This document shows, one piece after another, positions 1 to 11,768 of a stretch of DNA of 64,000 bases. Made by a program: the position numbers and the translations under genes. Positions within the stretch are counted from its first letter, which is position 1; each line of letters opens with the position of its first letter. Under the pieces are notes generated by a model that was not told the origin of the DNA, searched no databases, and worked only from the letters and a program-made list of their open reading frames with translations. This DNA is from Monocercomonoides exilis PA203 (taxonomy: Eukaryota; Protista; Preaxostyla), in NCBI GenBank assembly GCA_001643675.2, contig LSRY02000006.1, positions 1,550,001-1,614,000 of the forward strand, read 5' to 3'.

Positions 1-372
1 GTCTGTGGGAGGAGTGGAAGGCGAAGTGGAGGTTGAAAATGAGAGTGGGAGGTGGGGGCCGGCTGTGGTCAGCACGAATCCGCTGAGCTCATCGATGGCA
101 AACACCACGCAACCCAAGCCATGTGTCTGTGCCTGGCCTCGCAACCTCCTCTGGACTCGCTGCGATCTTTACACATCCCCCGCCTTCGCTCCCCTTCTCC
201 CCACCCCTGCCATCTTCTCACACCTGCTGCACTCCACCACGCTGATGCTCCCAGTGCACATGGTCTGTGAAAACAACGTGCTCGCCACTTCTTCCAGTGT
301 TTCGAACTTGCACAGTATCAGCCTCCAAGAGCTGATTGTTATCAGCCCGAAAATAATCATCTCTACTTTCTA
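1..372 (-). pseudogene. Degenerate minus-strand coding relic running off the window start
   Basis: GC-rich block next to an AT-rich spacer. ORF 360..169 (MIIFGLITISS...GDV*) continues in the same frame after one TAA (RSQRVQRR...GLGCVVFAIDELSGFVLTTAGPHLPLSFSTSTSPSTPPTD). More stops lie upstream. No family recognised with confidence. Confidence 0.25.
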
Positions 373-1284
373 AAATCACCCTTTGCATTCTCATTCAGGG
401 TTGAAACTGAACCAAGCAAGGCTGATGAAAAATGCAAAAAAAATTATTCACATATCTGTCCAGCTTTAAAAGTGATTTTCGAAGAGGAAGAAATAGCACA
501 GAGAAATATATTCAGAAAAATAATTGAATGGAATGTTCACCAAGCAAATTAGGCAATGCTAAAAAGAAAAACAGATGATAAAAAAGATGTATTCATAATT
601 GTTGTGAGCTTTTTTAGTGAAAAAAGTGAAATTTTTCTTATTTCTTTTTAATTTTTTTTGATTCTAACTTTGCAATTTTTAAAAATAACTTTGATCAATC
701 TATTTAAATAACTTCTTTGAAGTATTATTTATTTCCAAGCAAATATCAACGACAAATTGTTGTATGTCTGATAAATATCTTGTTATGCTATCACATTTTC
801 TATATGTGTTAATGTGAATTGTTTCATTTCAACAAAAGTTTTAAGATCTTCAATATTTATATATAAATTTCTTTCCAATAACATCATAAAACTTATTATA
901 ATATAAAAAATTATTGATTTCATATAGTTATTATTGTTATCATGTTGTATTAACGATTAGGCAAGTATCTTGTTCTTTTTATTGAATTCTTTATATTTTT
1001 GAATAATTTTTTATGTTTTTTTCAAAATATGAAATAAAAACAATTTGAAATGAATTAAAATCAAAAAATAAGCAATAACAACTATATACAAAGCAATATT
1101 TTTGCATGATCATCATTTTTATTTTTCTTTTTTAAGCAACCCTTAATGAAAATTTTTTATGATCAAACGTCGGAATTTTTTATGATATCAAAAAAAATCA
1201 CCCATTTAGAAAATAGTCACTTATATGAGAGATAATTGTAGAAGAAATATTTGCATGCAAAATAATAATTACTATATTTATATA

Positions 1285-1558
1285 TATGGGGGAAAATACA
1301 GACTTTCAAGCTTTTGATGCACAAAGCATGAAAAAATAGTTACGCTCATAACTTCATTTCGCTTTCTCAGATTTCAAAATATATTTGATTATCATATTTG
1401 CAAACATGTTTCGTTGAAATCAAAACATAAAGTTTTCCAACATTTCACGATTGTCAAAAAATTGAACCATTTTTATAATATTATTTGGTATTTAATAGTC
1501 AATGAAAAGTGCATAACTTTTTTTTGAAAATGCCTGAAGTGAAATATTTTACCCCATA
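1285..1558. mobile_element. Degenerate MITE-like element with terminal inverted repeats and TA flanks
   Basis: ATATGGGGGAAAATA (1284-1298) matches the reverse complement of TATTTTACCCCATAT (1545-1559) at 14/15, with patchy further pairing inward. TA at 1285-86 and 1557-58. Confidence 0.35.
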
Positions 1559-2022
1559 TGGAGTGTGAATTTATGTTATTCTGATTATTGAGTCGAAAAT
1601 GTGAAATATTCAAATAGAAAATAATTTCATATTTTGATCATATTTAAGATCATTCTCTCGAAATTTCACAATAATGGAAACAATAATTTGATGATACAAT
1701 CATAAGATTTCTCGAGAAGTTATGCAAGCAGGTGCATACCTTTGATCAAGATCTTAAATCTTAATTAAATTTGAAAATTTAACATTCGCGATATTTCAAA
1801 AAGAATGACCTATAATATGAAGATGATAAAACAAAAACAACCAAGTTTAAATCCACATGATAATTATGCATTAACAATGGTTGAAATATCTTAACGAATA
1901 TTTGGTTTTCAATTAACGAAGAAACTTTTCTTTTATTATCAAGTTTTCAAGGTTTAATAATGTAATCACGATGAGCAACATATGAATCTTTAAAGAAAAG
2001 AAGGGTAATTATTTTTTTTAAA

Positions 2023-2404
2023 TACAGATATCGCACAAAATACCGGACAAGATAGATTTCTCAAAAACTTCAAGAGGAATGATTCTGACAATTTTCCTCA
2101 AAAAACATATCAACAAAACAAACTCAATTGATAAACGAGACTTTAAAAATATCTTCATTTGTGCTTGGAAAAAATTATTTTTATATTCTCGGAGAAAGAC
2201 AAAATCCAATTTCTTCGAAACTTCAAAAATTGATTCTAATGAGCACAAATGAAGATATTTTTAAAGTCTCGTTTATCAATTGAGTTTGTATTGACGAGAT
2301 GAATTTTGAGGAAATTTGTCAGAATTATACCTTATGCAGTTATTGTGAAATCGATCTTGTCCTGTATTTAATGCGATGTCCGGTATTTTTATGCGATATC
2401 TGTA
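2023..2404. mobile_element. Long inverted repeat, Tc1/mariner-type MITE-like element (TA-CAGATATCG...CGATATCTG-TA)
   Basis: Arms ~2022-2165 and 2242-2405. Perfect 48-bp inner stem (2118-2165 vs 2242-2289), 76-nt loop, TA flanks at 2023-24 and 2403-04. No coding capacity. Confidence 0.7.
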
Positions 2405-2580
2405 TAACATTTTTTCGGTGTGTGAATGAATGTTTTGTTTTTATCATTAGCTTGGGAATTTCAATCAGAAGCTCTTCACATTGCAATATTTGAAAAACTC
2501 AATGTTAAAGATAAAAAAATAAAAAAAAGAGAAATTGACGCTCATATTATGATTTTTCTTTATCTTTTTATTTCAGTTTT

Positions 2581-2610
2581 TCTTTTCTTTTCTTTCTTTC
2601 TTTCGTTATT

Positions 2611-2642
<32 letters not shown>

Positions 2643-2666
2643 CTTTTCTTTTCTTTTTTTTTTTTT
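2581..2666. repeat. Polypyrimidine tract with (CT)n microsatellite and poly-T
   Basis: tttctctctctctctctctctttc...tttttttttttttt seen directly. Confidence 0.85.
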
Positions 2667-3010
2667 ATGAATTTCCTTCAGTTTAAACAAGTGATCATTT
2701 ATCTTTTCTCAACAGAGTTATTAAAATCAAAAACGAAAATAATTTCTTTGAAAACATAATATTATCATTATTATTAGAACATTGACTTATTTTGATAATT
2801 CATTTTTGATATAAATAAAATTTAAATAGCTACTAAGATGTTAATATTTTTCAATGTGGTTCAATAAAGAGTTTCACAGAAAAGAATAAAAATAAGTAAC
2901 ATTGAAAGGGAATGCTAAAATTCATTCGAATCAAGAAAGAATATAATATTTGATTTATTTTCCCGTTACGCAAATGATCCATAGGGACAATAAAACGAGA
3001 AAGATATCAA

Positions 3011-3970
3011 TTACTGCTTATCAGGCGATGCAATTTGGCTGGATTCTTTTTGCTCGCTGTTGTCAGATGTCTTTTTTGAGTCTGTTGACTGAATTAAAGC
3101 AGGATGAATCCTACATTCTCTATCTTGAATCTTGATGGTCTGATGCTCTGCAAGAACTTTCTTTTGTTCTTCTTCATTTTCAAATTCAATATATCCAAAG
3201 CCCAAATTAAGCAACGTATTGAACTGTTGGTGCGGTACAATTACTTCTTTCACTTTGTAGTTTTCAAAACATTTTTGCAGTTCATCAGCTTTCAAATTAA
3301 ATGGAATATTGGAAATATGGATGCGAGTTGCAGATGTTGGAGCTGAAGAATCAAATGGACGACGCTTTCGAATTGCTGCTCTTTGACGAAGAGGCTGTCT
3401 TGAAAATCTTGGCTGTTGACCCCAACCTGCTCTGAAAGTCGGAGCTCCAAATTGTCCCGGATATCTCATTCCATAGCCTCTTCTAGGAAATCCATAATAG
3501 CCACCAAATCTTCTCTGGAATCCTCCTGGTCTCTGAAATTGTTGTCGTCTTGGGGCACCACGACGTTCTCCACGGCGACCTCTTCCAACCTTTGCATTTA
3601 ATTGTTGATTATCTTCTCTTGCATATTCAACTTTTATTTGTCTGCCTTCAAGATTATATCCATTAAAGCGTCGACGAACTTGTTCTGCAGTTGCAGCATC
3701 ATTCATCTCGACAAATCCATATCCTTTAGAAACACCATCCTGAATTTCTATTGTTGCATTAACCCTGCATAAATAAAACAAGAAAAGTTGTCAAAAATTG
3801 ATATAAAGATACGTAATGAAAAAAATATATTTAATTACCAAAAAATTAAGCAAATAAAACTTCTAAAATTTGAGTTCATACACAATTCCAACTGATTCAA
3901 AGAGTTTACCGATTGTAACAGCGGTAGTAGTTGTGTTTAGATTTGAGACAAATAACTTTGAAGATTGCAT
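3011..3970 (-). CDS. RNA-binding protein, two RRMs separated by an Arg/Gly/aromatic-rich linker (Sbp1-like architecture), ~280 aa; exons 3970-3882 and 3764-3011
   Basis: Exon 1 MQSSKLFVSNLN (RNP2). GTATGA...GCAG intron 3881-3765 joins in frame to SKGYGFVEM (RNP1). Second RRM IHISNIPF...LGFGYIEF. Linker RGRRGERRG...FGGYYGFPRRGYG. Confidence 0.88.
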
Positions 3971-4821
3971 CTAACGATCGTAGTCCCATTTATATAGTTT
4001 TTCAGAAAACTCAAAAAAAAATATTTTATTATCACAAGCTTAAAAAAAATCAAAGTGCATAATATTATGTTAATACGCGTGGTTTGTTTAATTTATAAAT
4101 CGGTACTATTCAATTTATTTTCGAAATGAATATCAATTTTTCTTTTTGAGTTTTTCGTTGTTTAATGTTATTTTCAAGGAAAATTGTTTTTTTCAATAAT
4201 TCTCATATATTGGCTCTTATTCCCTTTGTTATGATATGTCATAATTTTTAAATAATTGAATGAGCATCAATTATTGAGATCAAAAAAATCAAATATTCAA
4301 ATTCAATAGGAAAAGAAATAATTCAAATAAAAGTAATTGCTCGTCCTTTATACAAAAACACGACTTGAAAATTTGATAGAATGTGAAAGAAGAACGGATG
4401 TTTATTTACTAATCATCTAAAAGTTGATGATTTTTTTTTTAAAATATTATTTTGAAATCAAATTGTTAACAACATTATTACAAATTACATGAAGCTCAAC
4501 AACACATTTGTCCTCGACAATGATGTACATCAACTATTAAAACGACCAACGAATCCATCATGAAATATATGAAATGAATCAAAATAGTGACTTTTAATAA
4601 AAAATTAGAAGGAATGCGCTAAGAAAAGACATAACTCATATAAAAAGGATAAACACTTGAAATAGCAAAAAAAAAAGCCGAAATCAAATAAAAAGTCAGA
4701 CAAAACGAATTAAAAAGCAATAGGCTAACTAGAAATTATTAAACAGATAAAATGCAAGATAATCAAAAACAGTATGTCTCTTCGCTTTCTCAAAAAAAAT
4801 AATTAGAACCAAAAACAAAGT

Positions 4822-7800
4822 TTAGTTGATCCCTCTAAGAACTTCCAGATACGTCACTGCCAGTAAACTTATTTGGTTATTTGCGCTTTTAGTAAGAGAT
4901 TCAATATGACCGTACATCGTAGACTCTCTGATTATTTGCTTCGAAGCATTATTCCCAATTTCCACTATGTTCAGCAAAGTTCTGAGGCTTAAGTCAACAA
5001 TCTTGTCACACGGCACGTGGAGAAGGCGAAGCAGGACAACATAAAAATCTTCTTCAAACAAAGCAGGGTGATTTTCTATTGAATTGTAAGCACATTCAAA
5101 ATATGAACAGAATGCAATCACAATTTAATCACAATAATAATTATGATAATAACAATAGTAATAGTAATAGCAATGATAATTAAAGATTGAAAGAAATAAC
5201 TGTTAAATGAAAACTGAACCATACCCTGATTCCTCGATATTTTCTCAATCGAAAACAAAGCAGCAGTCAGCTCTGTTATTGCCCTCTGCTGCAACGCTGC
5301 TTTCACTCTGACACCATCCGCTGCCTGCTCAAAGACTGCCATCTCCTTCACAACCGAATGCTTCAAGTACATCACAACTGACATATGCCTCAAGGGCACT
5401 TTCTGTGACTTGTACAGAAGAGCTATCGACTGCGCAGCCAGTTTGGCTGATCTGTGTGTGACAGCGCGGCTGAAGAGATCGAATACAAACTCCACAAGCT
5501 GCGTCTCTTCTGCTGCCGAGTGAAAAGGATGCGGCCGAAACAGCGCCGATGAGTCGAGCTCTGACAAACCTGGCTGCTCAATCGCTGGCTGCTCTGCTGT
5601 TTTGTCTTCACCCACACGAAGCCCTGCAATAACCATGTTTGAGATGATCAGCATGCCATTGTCCACAATCGTCTTTACTGCCTCGCTCAACATGTCCATT
5701 TCTTCTCTTCTCCTCTTCTTCAGCTGCAGTTTCCTTTCTTGGTCCTTCCGAACGTAGTCTTCTTTGACCATCCCTTCAATCTGCGTGTATTCTGGTTTCA
5801 TTCTCTCGTTTTCTTGCTCTAAACTTTGCCTTTCTTTCTCCTTCGCCTCCATTTTCTCTTGTTCATTCAGCACTGAGTTAATCATCCGACGAACAATGCC
5901 AAGAAAGCCATCTTCAAATAGCTTCTTCTTCTGTTCGGGTGACTGTAGAAACACAACAGTCCTCAGCAAAACACACAAAGAGGAAGGAAACGGGAGCAGC
6001 GATCCGTCTGAAGCAGGAGATGCCAATGAAATAGCTGACAGGCCTTTGGAGGAAGAGGAGGAGGAAGAAGAAGAGGCAGAAACAGAAACAGAAGCAGAAG
6101 AACCAGAAGAGGAAAGAGATAAAGATTGAGACGCGTCAAACGACTGCGACACGAGAGAAGAAGGCTCAAACGTGTTGATGAGGGCAACAGCAGTCTGAGA
6201 GAGAGACATCAGAAGCGGTGGCAGGCAACACCTGATTTCTCCTTCTCTGTTGGCAGCCTTCACAAACAAGATGAATGAATGCACCGCCAAACAGATGGCA
6301 TTCACTGAGTCAAACGAGACGCTGCGGTGAAGTGAGAGAGAAGACAGAGAAGAGTCGAGGGGAGGCGCAAGCTGGGAGGCAAGGCGGGAGTATGAGAGTG
6401 TGGGAGAAGAAGAAGAAGAAGAAGAAGAAGAAGAAGAAGAAGAAGAAGAAGAGGCAGTAGTTGTAGAAGTAGAAGAAGACAACGATGATGATGATGATGA
6501 TGCAAAGCAGCAGCTGAGGAAGTGGTTAGCTCGGCGCAAAAACTGCTCGTCCAGAAGAAGTTCCATGTGCTCAGCAACAGGCAGAGCGACCAGCAGGAGC
6601 AGATTCTGAAAGACAGCATCGGATGGAACCTCAAAGAACTCGAAAGAAGAACGAGGGGGCTCTTCATCAGAAGAGACACAGGAATCAGATGAGGCTTCAG
6701 TTGTATCTTTGGTTGTGTCTGCTTGAGGGGGAAGTCTGATGGAATATTTTTTGATAAATTAATGCAATGCATATAGACAATAACATCATATAAAACAACG
6801 CATTATGAGTTGGGAATAAAAAAAGAAAAAACATACGGGAATGCTCTTATCACGTCAACTGGCTTCATTCCCAGCAGTTGTGTGGCGGATTGGCTGTCAC
6901 ACAGCATCTCCTTCAGCATCTGAGACACAGAGTGGTATCTTTCAGTAGCACTCTGATAGAGAATGGCATAGGAAGCTGGCAGACTGCCAATCAATGAAGA
7001 AGAAGAAGAAAAGGAAGAAGAAAAAGGAGAAGAAGGAGAAGAAGAGAAAGAAGAAGAAGAAGTCGAAGACAAAGCAATGCTGTCATGAAGTGAGTAAACA
7101 GACGGTGAATTCAATGCAGATGACATCCTCAGGGGATGCTGAGAAGGCAGCAGCGGAGTGAACGAGGTAGATGAAGGTGTGGCTGAGCTGAGGGGAGTCT
7201 GAAGCCCCAGCAGACGCGAAGGAGGAGGAGGAGGAGAAGACGAAGGAGGAGGAGAAGATGAAGAAGACGCAGCTGTCATTTCTCTTGTGAACACAGCTGA
7301 GTGCTGCTGAAGCAACGCTGCCGTCGAAGGCGAGAGGTAAGCTGACATCTGTGCAGGTTTCACTGCGATGTCCTTCAAGCAGCCCAGAATCTCGCTGCCC
7401 ATTTCAGCTGGGGAAGCATCCGTGACTGCTGAATGGACGAGCACGAAGAAGGCGACGTTGGCGCGGGTGTCGGCGGGGAGGTCCCAGTGGAAGCAGGTAC
7501 AGCAGCGCTCAACAATGTGCAGCACCCGCATGTTCTCCAGCCACATCCGACACACAAGCACATCCTCTTTGCCGGTGTCAACAGGGCTGGTTAAGGAAAT
7601 GTAAGAAGAAGAAGAAGAAGAGAAAGAATCCATCGAATTACTTAAATATGCTCCTTCCATGCTGCTTTCACCAAGAGAGTCTATTCTTTCTTTGAAGTGC
7701 TCAATGTAATACTTGTTCCTCAATGCCTGTGCAGGTGTGATGCCCAGGCCAGCAGACAAAGAAGACGATGATTGCAGAGAAGATGGCGATTGAGCCTGCA

Positions 7801-10800
7801 ATTGATTAGCAGCAGAAGAAGCACCAGAAGCATCAGGAGAAGCAGTGGTTGCCCTGTTCTTCAGTGCCAGCACAACCGTGATAGAGTCAACAAGCACCGT
7901 TGTCTTCAGATCAGCTATGATTCGCTTCTCTTCGTCTCCTGCGCCGTCGTCCAGGTGCTCCAGCATGTGCTGGATGAGGCTGCCCTGCAGCAGCTTCATC
8001 GCCGACTGCACAAAATTCAGTGTCTTCTTCCGCCTCTTCGCAAGACCTTGTTCAGACGCTGGTGGTGTCATTGCTGGCTTCACAGGAGTGCTGAAGGGGT
8101 GGGACTGGAATGAAGGGTTGAGCGAGGAAGAGGAAGAAGAAGGATCTGAAGAATACTGCTGGGTGGATACAGGAGATGATGATGCTTCGGGAGAGGAAGG
8201 AAGCTGAGAAGAAGGAGAAGGAGAAGGAGAAGAAGAAAGAGGAAGAGGAATATAGCGATACTTCAGGATTTGTATGAAGACGCGGTGGAAGAGAAGCAGG
8301 ACACGTATTTTGATGCCATTTGCGATGGAGGCGAGGGAAGCAGCTGAAGATGAGGCAAAGAAAGAAGCAGGAGGAGTGAATTTTGAGGCCGCCACGAACG
8401 AATCAGTCTGTTCAGCCGGATTTGAAGCGCCTGGGGTGAGGAAAGTGGAGAGGGAGGCGATGGGCTGTGCGGTGCAGTGGAGAAGAGGCAGAAGAGCACG
8501 GATGACGTCGTCGTTGATCAGAGGGAGCACAAAAAAGGGTGTTTCGAGGAAGGCAAAGAGGAGAGAAAGGAGAGTGTGGATGCGGTCGACAGAGGAGAAA
8601 GTGAGGGGAAGAGGAGGGATCGATGGCACACGGGCAAACAGATCATCTGTTTGCATTCCATCAGATGATCTGGAATTAGTTGGAGAAGAAGAAGAAGCAG
8701 GAGAAGCATGAGAAAAAGGCGACTGCGGAGGAAACAGGAGGGCGAAGTCCTTCTGAGGGATGTATGTGGCCATGAGGAGCTTTGCAATGCCTGCAAACAC
8801 GTGCCGTGCTGCAAACTCTTTCTTTGTCTTTTCAGTGGCTGGGTCTAAGTGTGTGTTGGAGGCATACATCTGCTGCTGCTGCAGCTGGAAAAGAGAGATG
8901 TCGGTTTGAAGAGAAGAGCCTGGCTGTTGTTGCTGTTGTTGTCTGAACAGATCAGAGTTCTGTGTGTTTCTTAGAGAAGAAGAAAGGACTTGTGAGGAGA
9001 GAGGCGTCTGGGGGGAGTAAATGGATGGCTGAGGAGGGGAATATTCAGAAGGGTCAGAGAAAGATGGAGAGGAAGGAGAGGCAGAAGAGATAGAAGAGAT
9101 TGGACAGACAGCAGAGGTGATGATGCGGAGTGCTTGGGAGATGTTGGCGTCTTCTGTGAAGGGATCGCAATATCTGGATTGAGGAAAGGTTAAATAAATA
9201 AATAAATAAAGAAATAAATAAATAATATTATATTATATTGTATGTTTGTTGGTTGAGTCAAGGAAAGCATTAGTTGGATTAATGTTAAAGAAGATGAAAA
9301 TAATCATCGATTATAACAATAATAATAACAATAATAAGTACAACACCTCAACACTTTCACAAGATTGCCAGGCGTATCAAAGCTAATCGTAAAAGGCTTT
9401 TCTTGCGCCACTTCTGCACTTGGCTTTAGTTCTGGAATGTTTTTCTTATTGGCATTCGATGACTTCTTAGGCTTATCTTTCATTGCAGCGTTGCTTTGGT
9501 TTTTCTTGTCTTTTCTCATTTTGTGAGATGAAGATTTCTTTGATCGATATTTTGTTTCATAATCTTCTTCTTCTTCTTCCTCCTCCTCTTCTTCCTCTTC
9601 CTCTTCTTCCTCCTCCTCCTCTTCCTCTTCTTCTTCCTCTCTCTTCTTCTTCTTCAGATACATCCCTTGTGCCAGCATCCTTTCTCTCTGAGCTCTCTGC
9701 TGCTGCTGTTGTTGAAGCTGCATCTGCTGCTTCCTTCTTCTCATCAGCTCCATCTGCTGCTCCACACTCCTCTGCGGCACTCGATACGACGCATTCACTT
9801 GAGAACCCATTTGAGATCCCATTTGAGGATTCAACGGAGAAATCATCGGAGAATTAGACGCAGCACGCATAGAAGCAGAGGTGGCGGGTGTGGCAGCTGA
9901 GAGGTCAGAGGTCGAAGACAGCGAGCCGAACGAGGCGGTGGAAGAGGAAGAGGCGAGGTACGGGAATGAAGAGACAGACGGAGTGGAAGAAGGATGGAGG
10001 GGCATCTCTTGCTTTGTCTGGCTGAGCAGCTTCAGCTCGTCTCTCTGCCGCAGAAAGAGCTGAATGTCGCTTTCCTGCTTCTTCTTCAGCTGCTCGTCGT
10101 CATTCATTGAATCGCTACTCGCTAAAGAAGAAGAAGAAGAAGATGATGAAGGCACCATCGATGAAGCAGCTGGCTTTGATGATGAAGGCTGTGCCCGAGG
10201 ACGAGGGCGCTGTGGAGACGGGGCAGACGGAGGAGCACTGGAAATGCCTGCTTTCTTCCGGATGATGCTGACTGCCTTTTGGATCTGAGGGACCTCCAGC
10301 AGCTCATCGACGGTGGGGCGGTCGTTGAAGTTCTGATAAAAGATGACAGGAAATAAGAGTGTGAATTAAAAAAGTCCAAGTGTGAAGAAGAATTGTTAGA
10401 AGATAGTTGAATTTGACGATTTCAATGAAAAAATTGAAGTTATGCAAAAAAGAAAAAAAGTCAGAAAACACACGATTTTCAACATTCTGCGAATGATAGA
10501 TTGAAGCAGTGCGTCAACGTGAGGAGGAAACTGAAGATTGTCAGAATTCAGTTTCGGAGGAATAACATAAGTGTCACTCGATTGCAGATGTTCAAACGAC
10601 GGGATAACATCTGCGGTGAACGGCTCAAACGGATATGCGTGTGTTGACAACTCATACAAAATGACGCCTAACGAATAAATGTCACTTGCAGGAGTTCGAC
10701 TATAAAAAAACACAAATTGAAATGGAAAAAAGAAATACCAAGAAATAGAAGATATTGACATACAGTCCAACTTTGATAAGCTCTGGAGCGGCATAACGAC

Positions 10801-11568
10801 TTTGAATTAAATGGAATTAAAAGTGACATTGAAAAATGCAACAAAAAGCACACTGAATTGAAGGATCAGAATAATCAGAGCTTCTTGTTGAATCCAAACA
10901 TTGCATCAAACAATAATCACCTTAAATGCAGTGAAAAAAAAAATTTCAAAACAAAATTAACTTTTAATCATATTGTAGTTGCAGATTCTTCAAACTATGT
11001 TTACAAAAGCCGTCGGTGTCAATGAATATGTTTTCAGGTTTAAGGTTACCGTGCATTTTCCCACGCGAATAAAGCTCACTTAAACCTATCAGTAAATGCG
11101 TCATAAAATCCCATATGGTCTTTTCAAAGTACACAAAAAATTAATGCTTGTTCAGTTCAAAATAAAATATACTTTATTTGGCAATGGTTGAGTTCTTGCG
11201 CGAAGAATAGAACGAAGACTCCCTTTTGGACAATAATCCATTACCAGATAGCAATATTGTGCATCTCGAAAAACAGCATGATTTTTTATTAAAAATCTGC
11301 TATTAACATTTGGCAAATCAAGTATTACTTGTGGGATTGAAGAAATAGGAGAAATGCGCTTTAACGGCATTTGCTTCCAAACGTATTTCTTATCAGAATG
11401 AACGTGCGTAATTTGATAGACTTCTCCAACAAATCCAGCACCTATTAGATCTCCAACACAAACTTTAAAATAATAATTCATAATTGAAATAAATAACAAG
11501 AATTATATTTATACAACTCAAAAAATTGAAAGCATACATTGCTCATAACTGAAAGAGCTGTTTGTCAT
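4822..11568 (-). CDS. Multi-exon NEK-like pseudokinase with long Ser/Gln/Glu low-complexity region and C-terminal ARM-like helical region (~1,900 aa)
   Basis: ATG 11568 MTNSSFSYEQ|FCVGDLIGAGFVGEVY, YVWK, LVMDYCPKGSL, MHGNLKPENIF, GDYC, YAAPEL, SDIYSLGVILYEL, DRPTVDELL. GT-AG introns join ORFs 9304-10158, 6803-8869, 5118-6566 and 4822-5121 in frame. Confidence 0.8.
6406..6450. repeat. Perfect (GAA)15 trinucleotide repeat encoding poly-Ser on the minus strand
   Basis: Direct sequence; lies within a coding exon of the pseudokinase gene. Confidence 0.9.
9191..9224. repeat. Intronic (AAAT)n microsatellite
   Basis: taaataaataaataaataaagaaataaataaata. Confidence 0.8.
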
Positions 11569-11768
11569 TTTAGAAACGCTGTTCTCTTTCGAAAAATCAG
11601 CGTGAATATTTTTATTATTCCCACAACTTATATCTCATTTTAACGAATTCATTTCTTCAAAGAAATTGTCTTTCATTTGCATTTGGAAAAACTTGATGTT
11701 TTATATCGGTTATTTTGCTTTTTTGAAAAAACAGTGATCTAACCCCTTGTATATTACAAAACCGTTAT

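Noticed and set aside
2018-2686. Short ORFs at 2018-2248, 2299-2493 and 2426-2686
   Set aside because: AT-rich, low-complexity translations overlapping the inverted repeat and pyrimidine tract.
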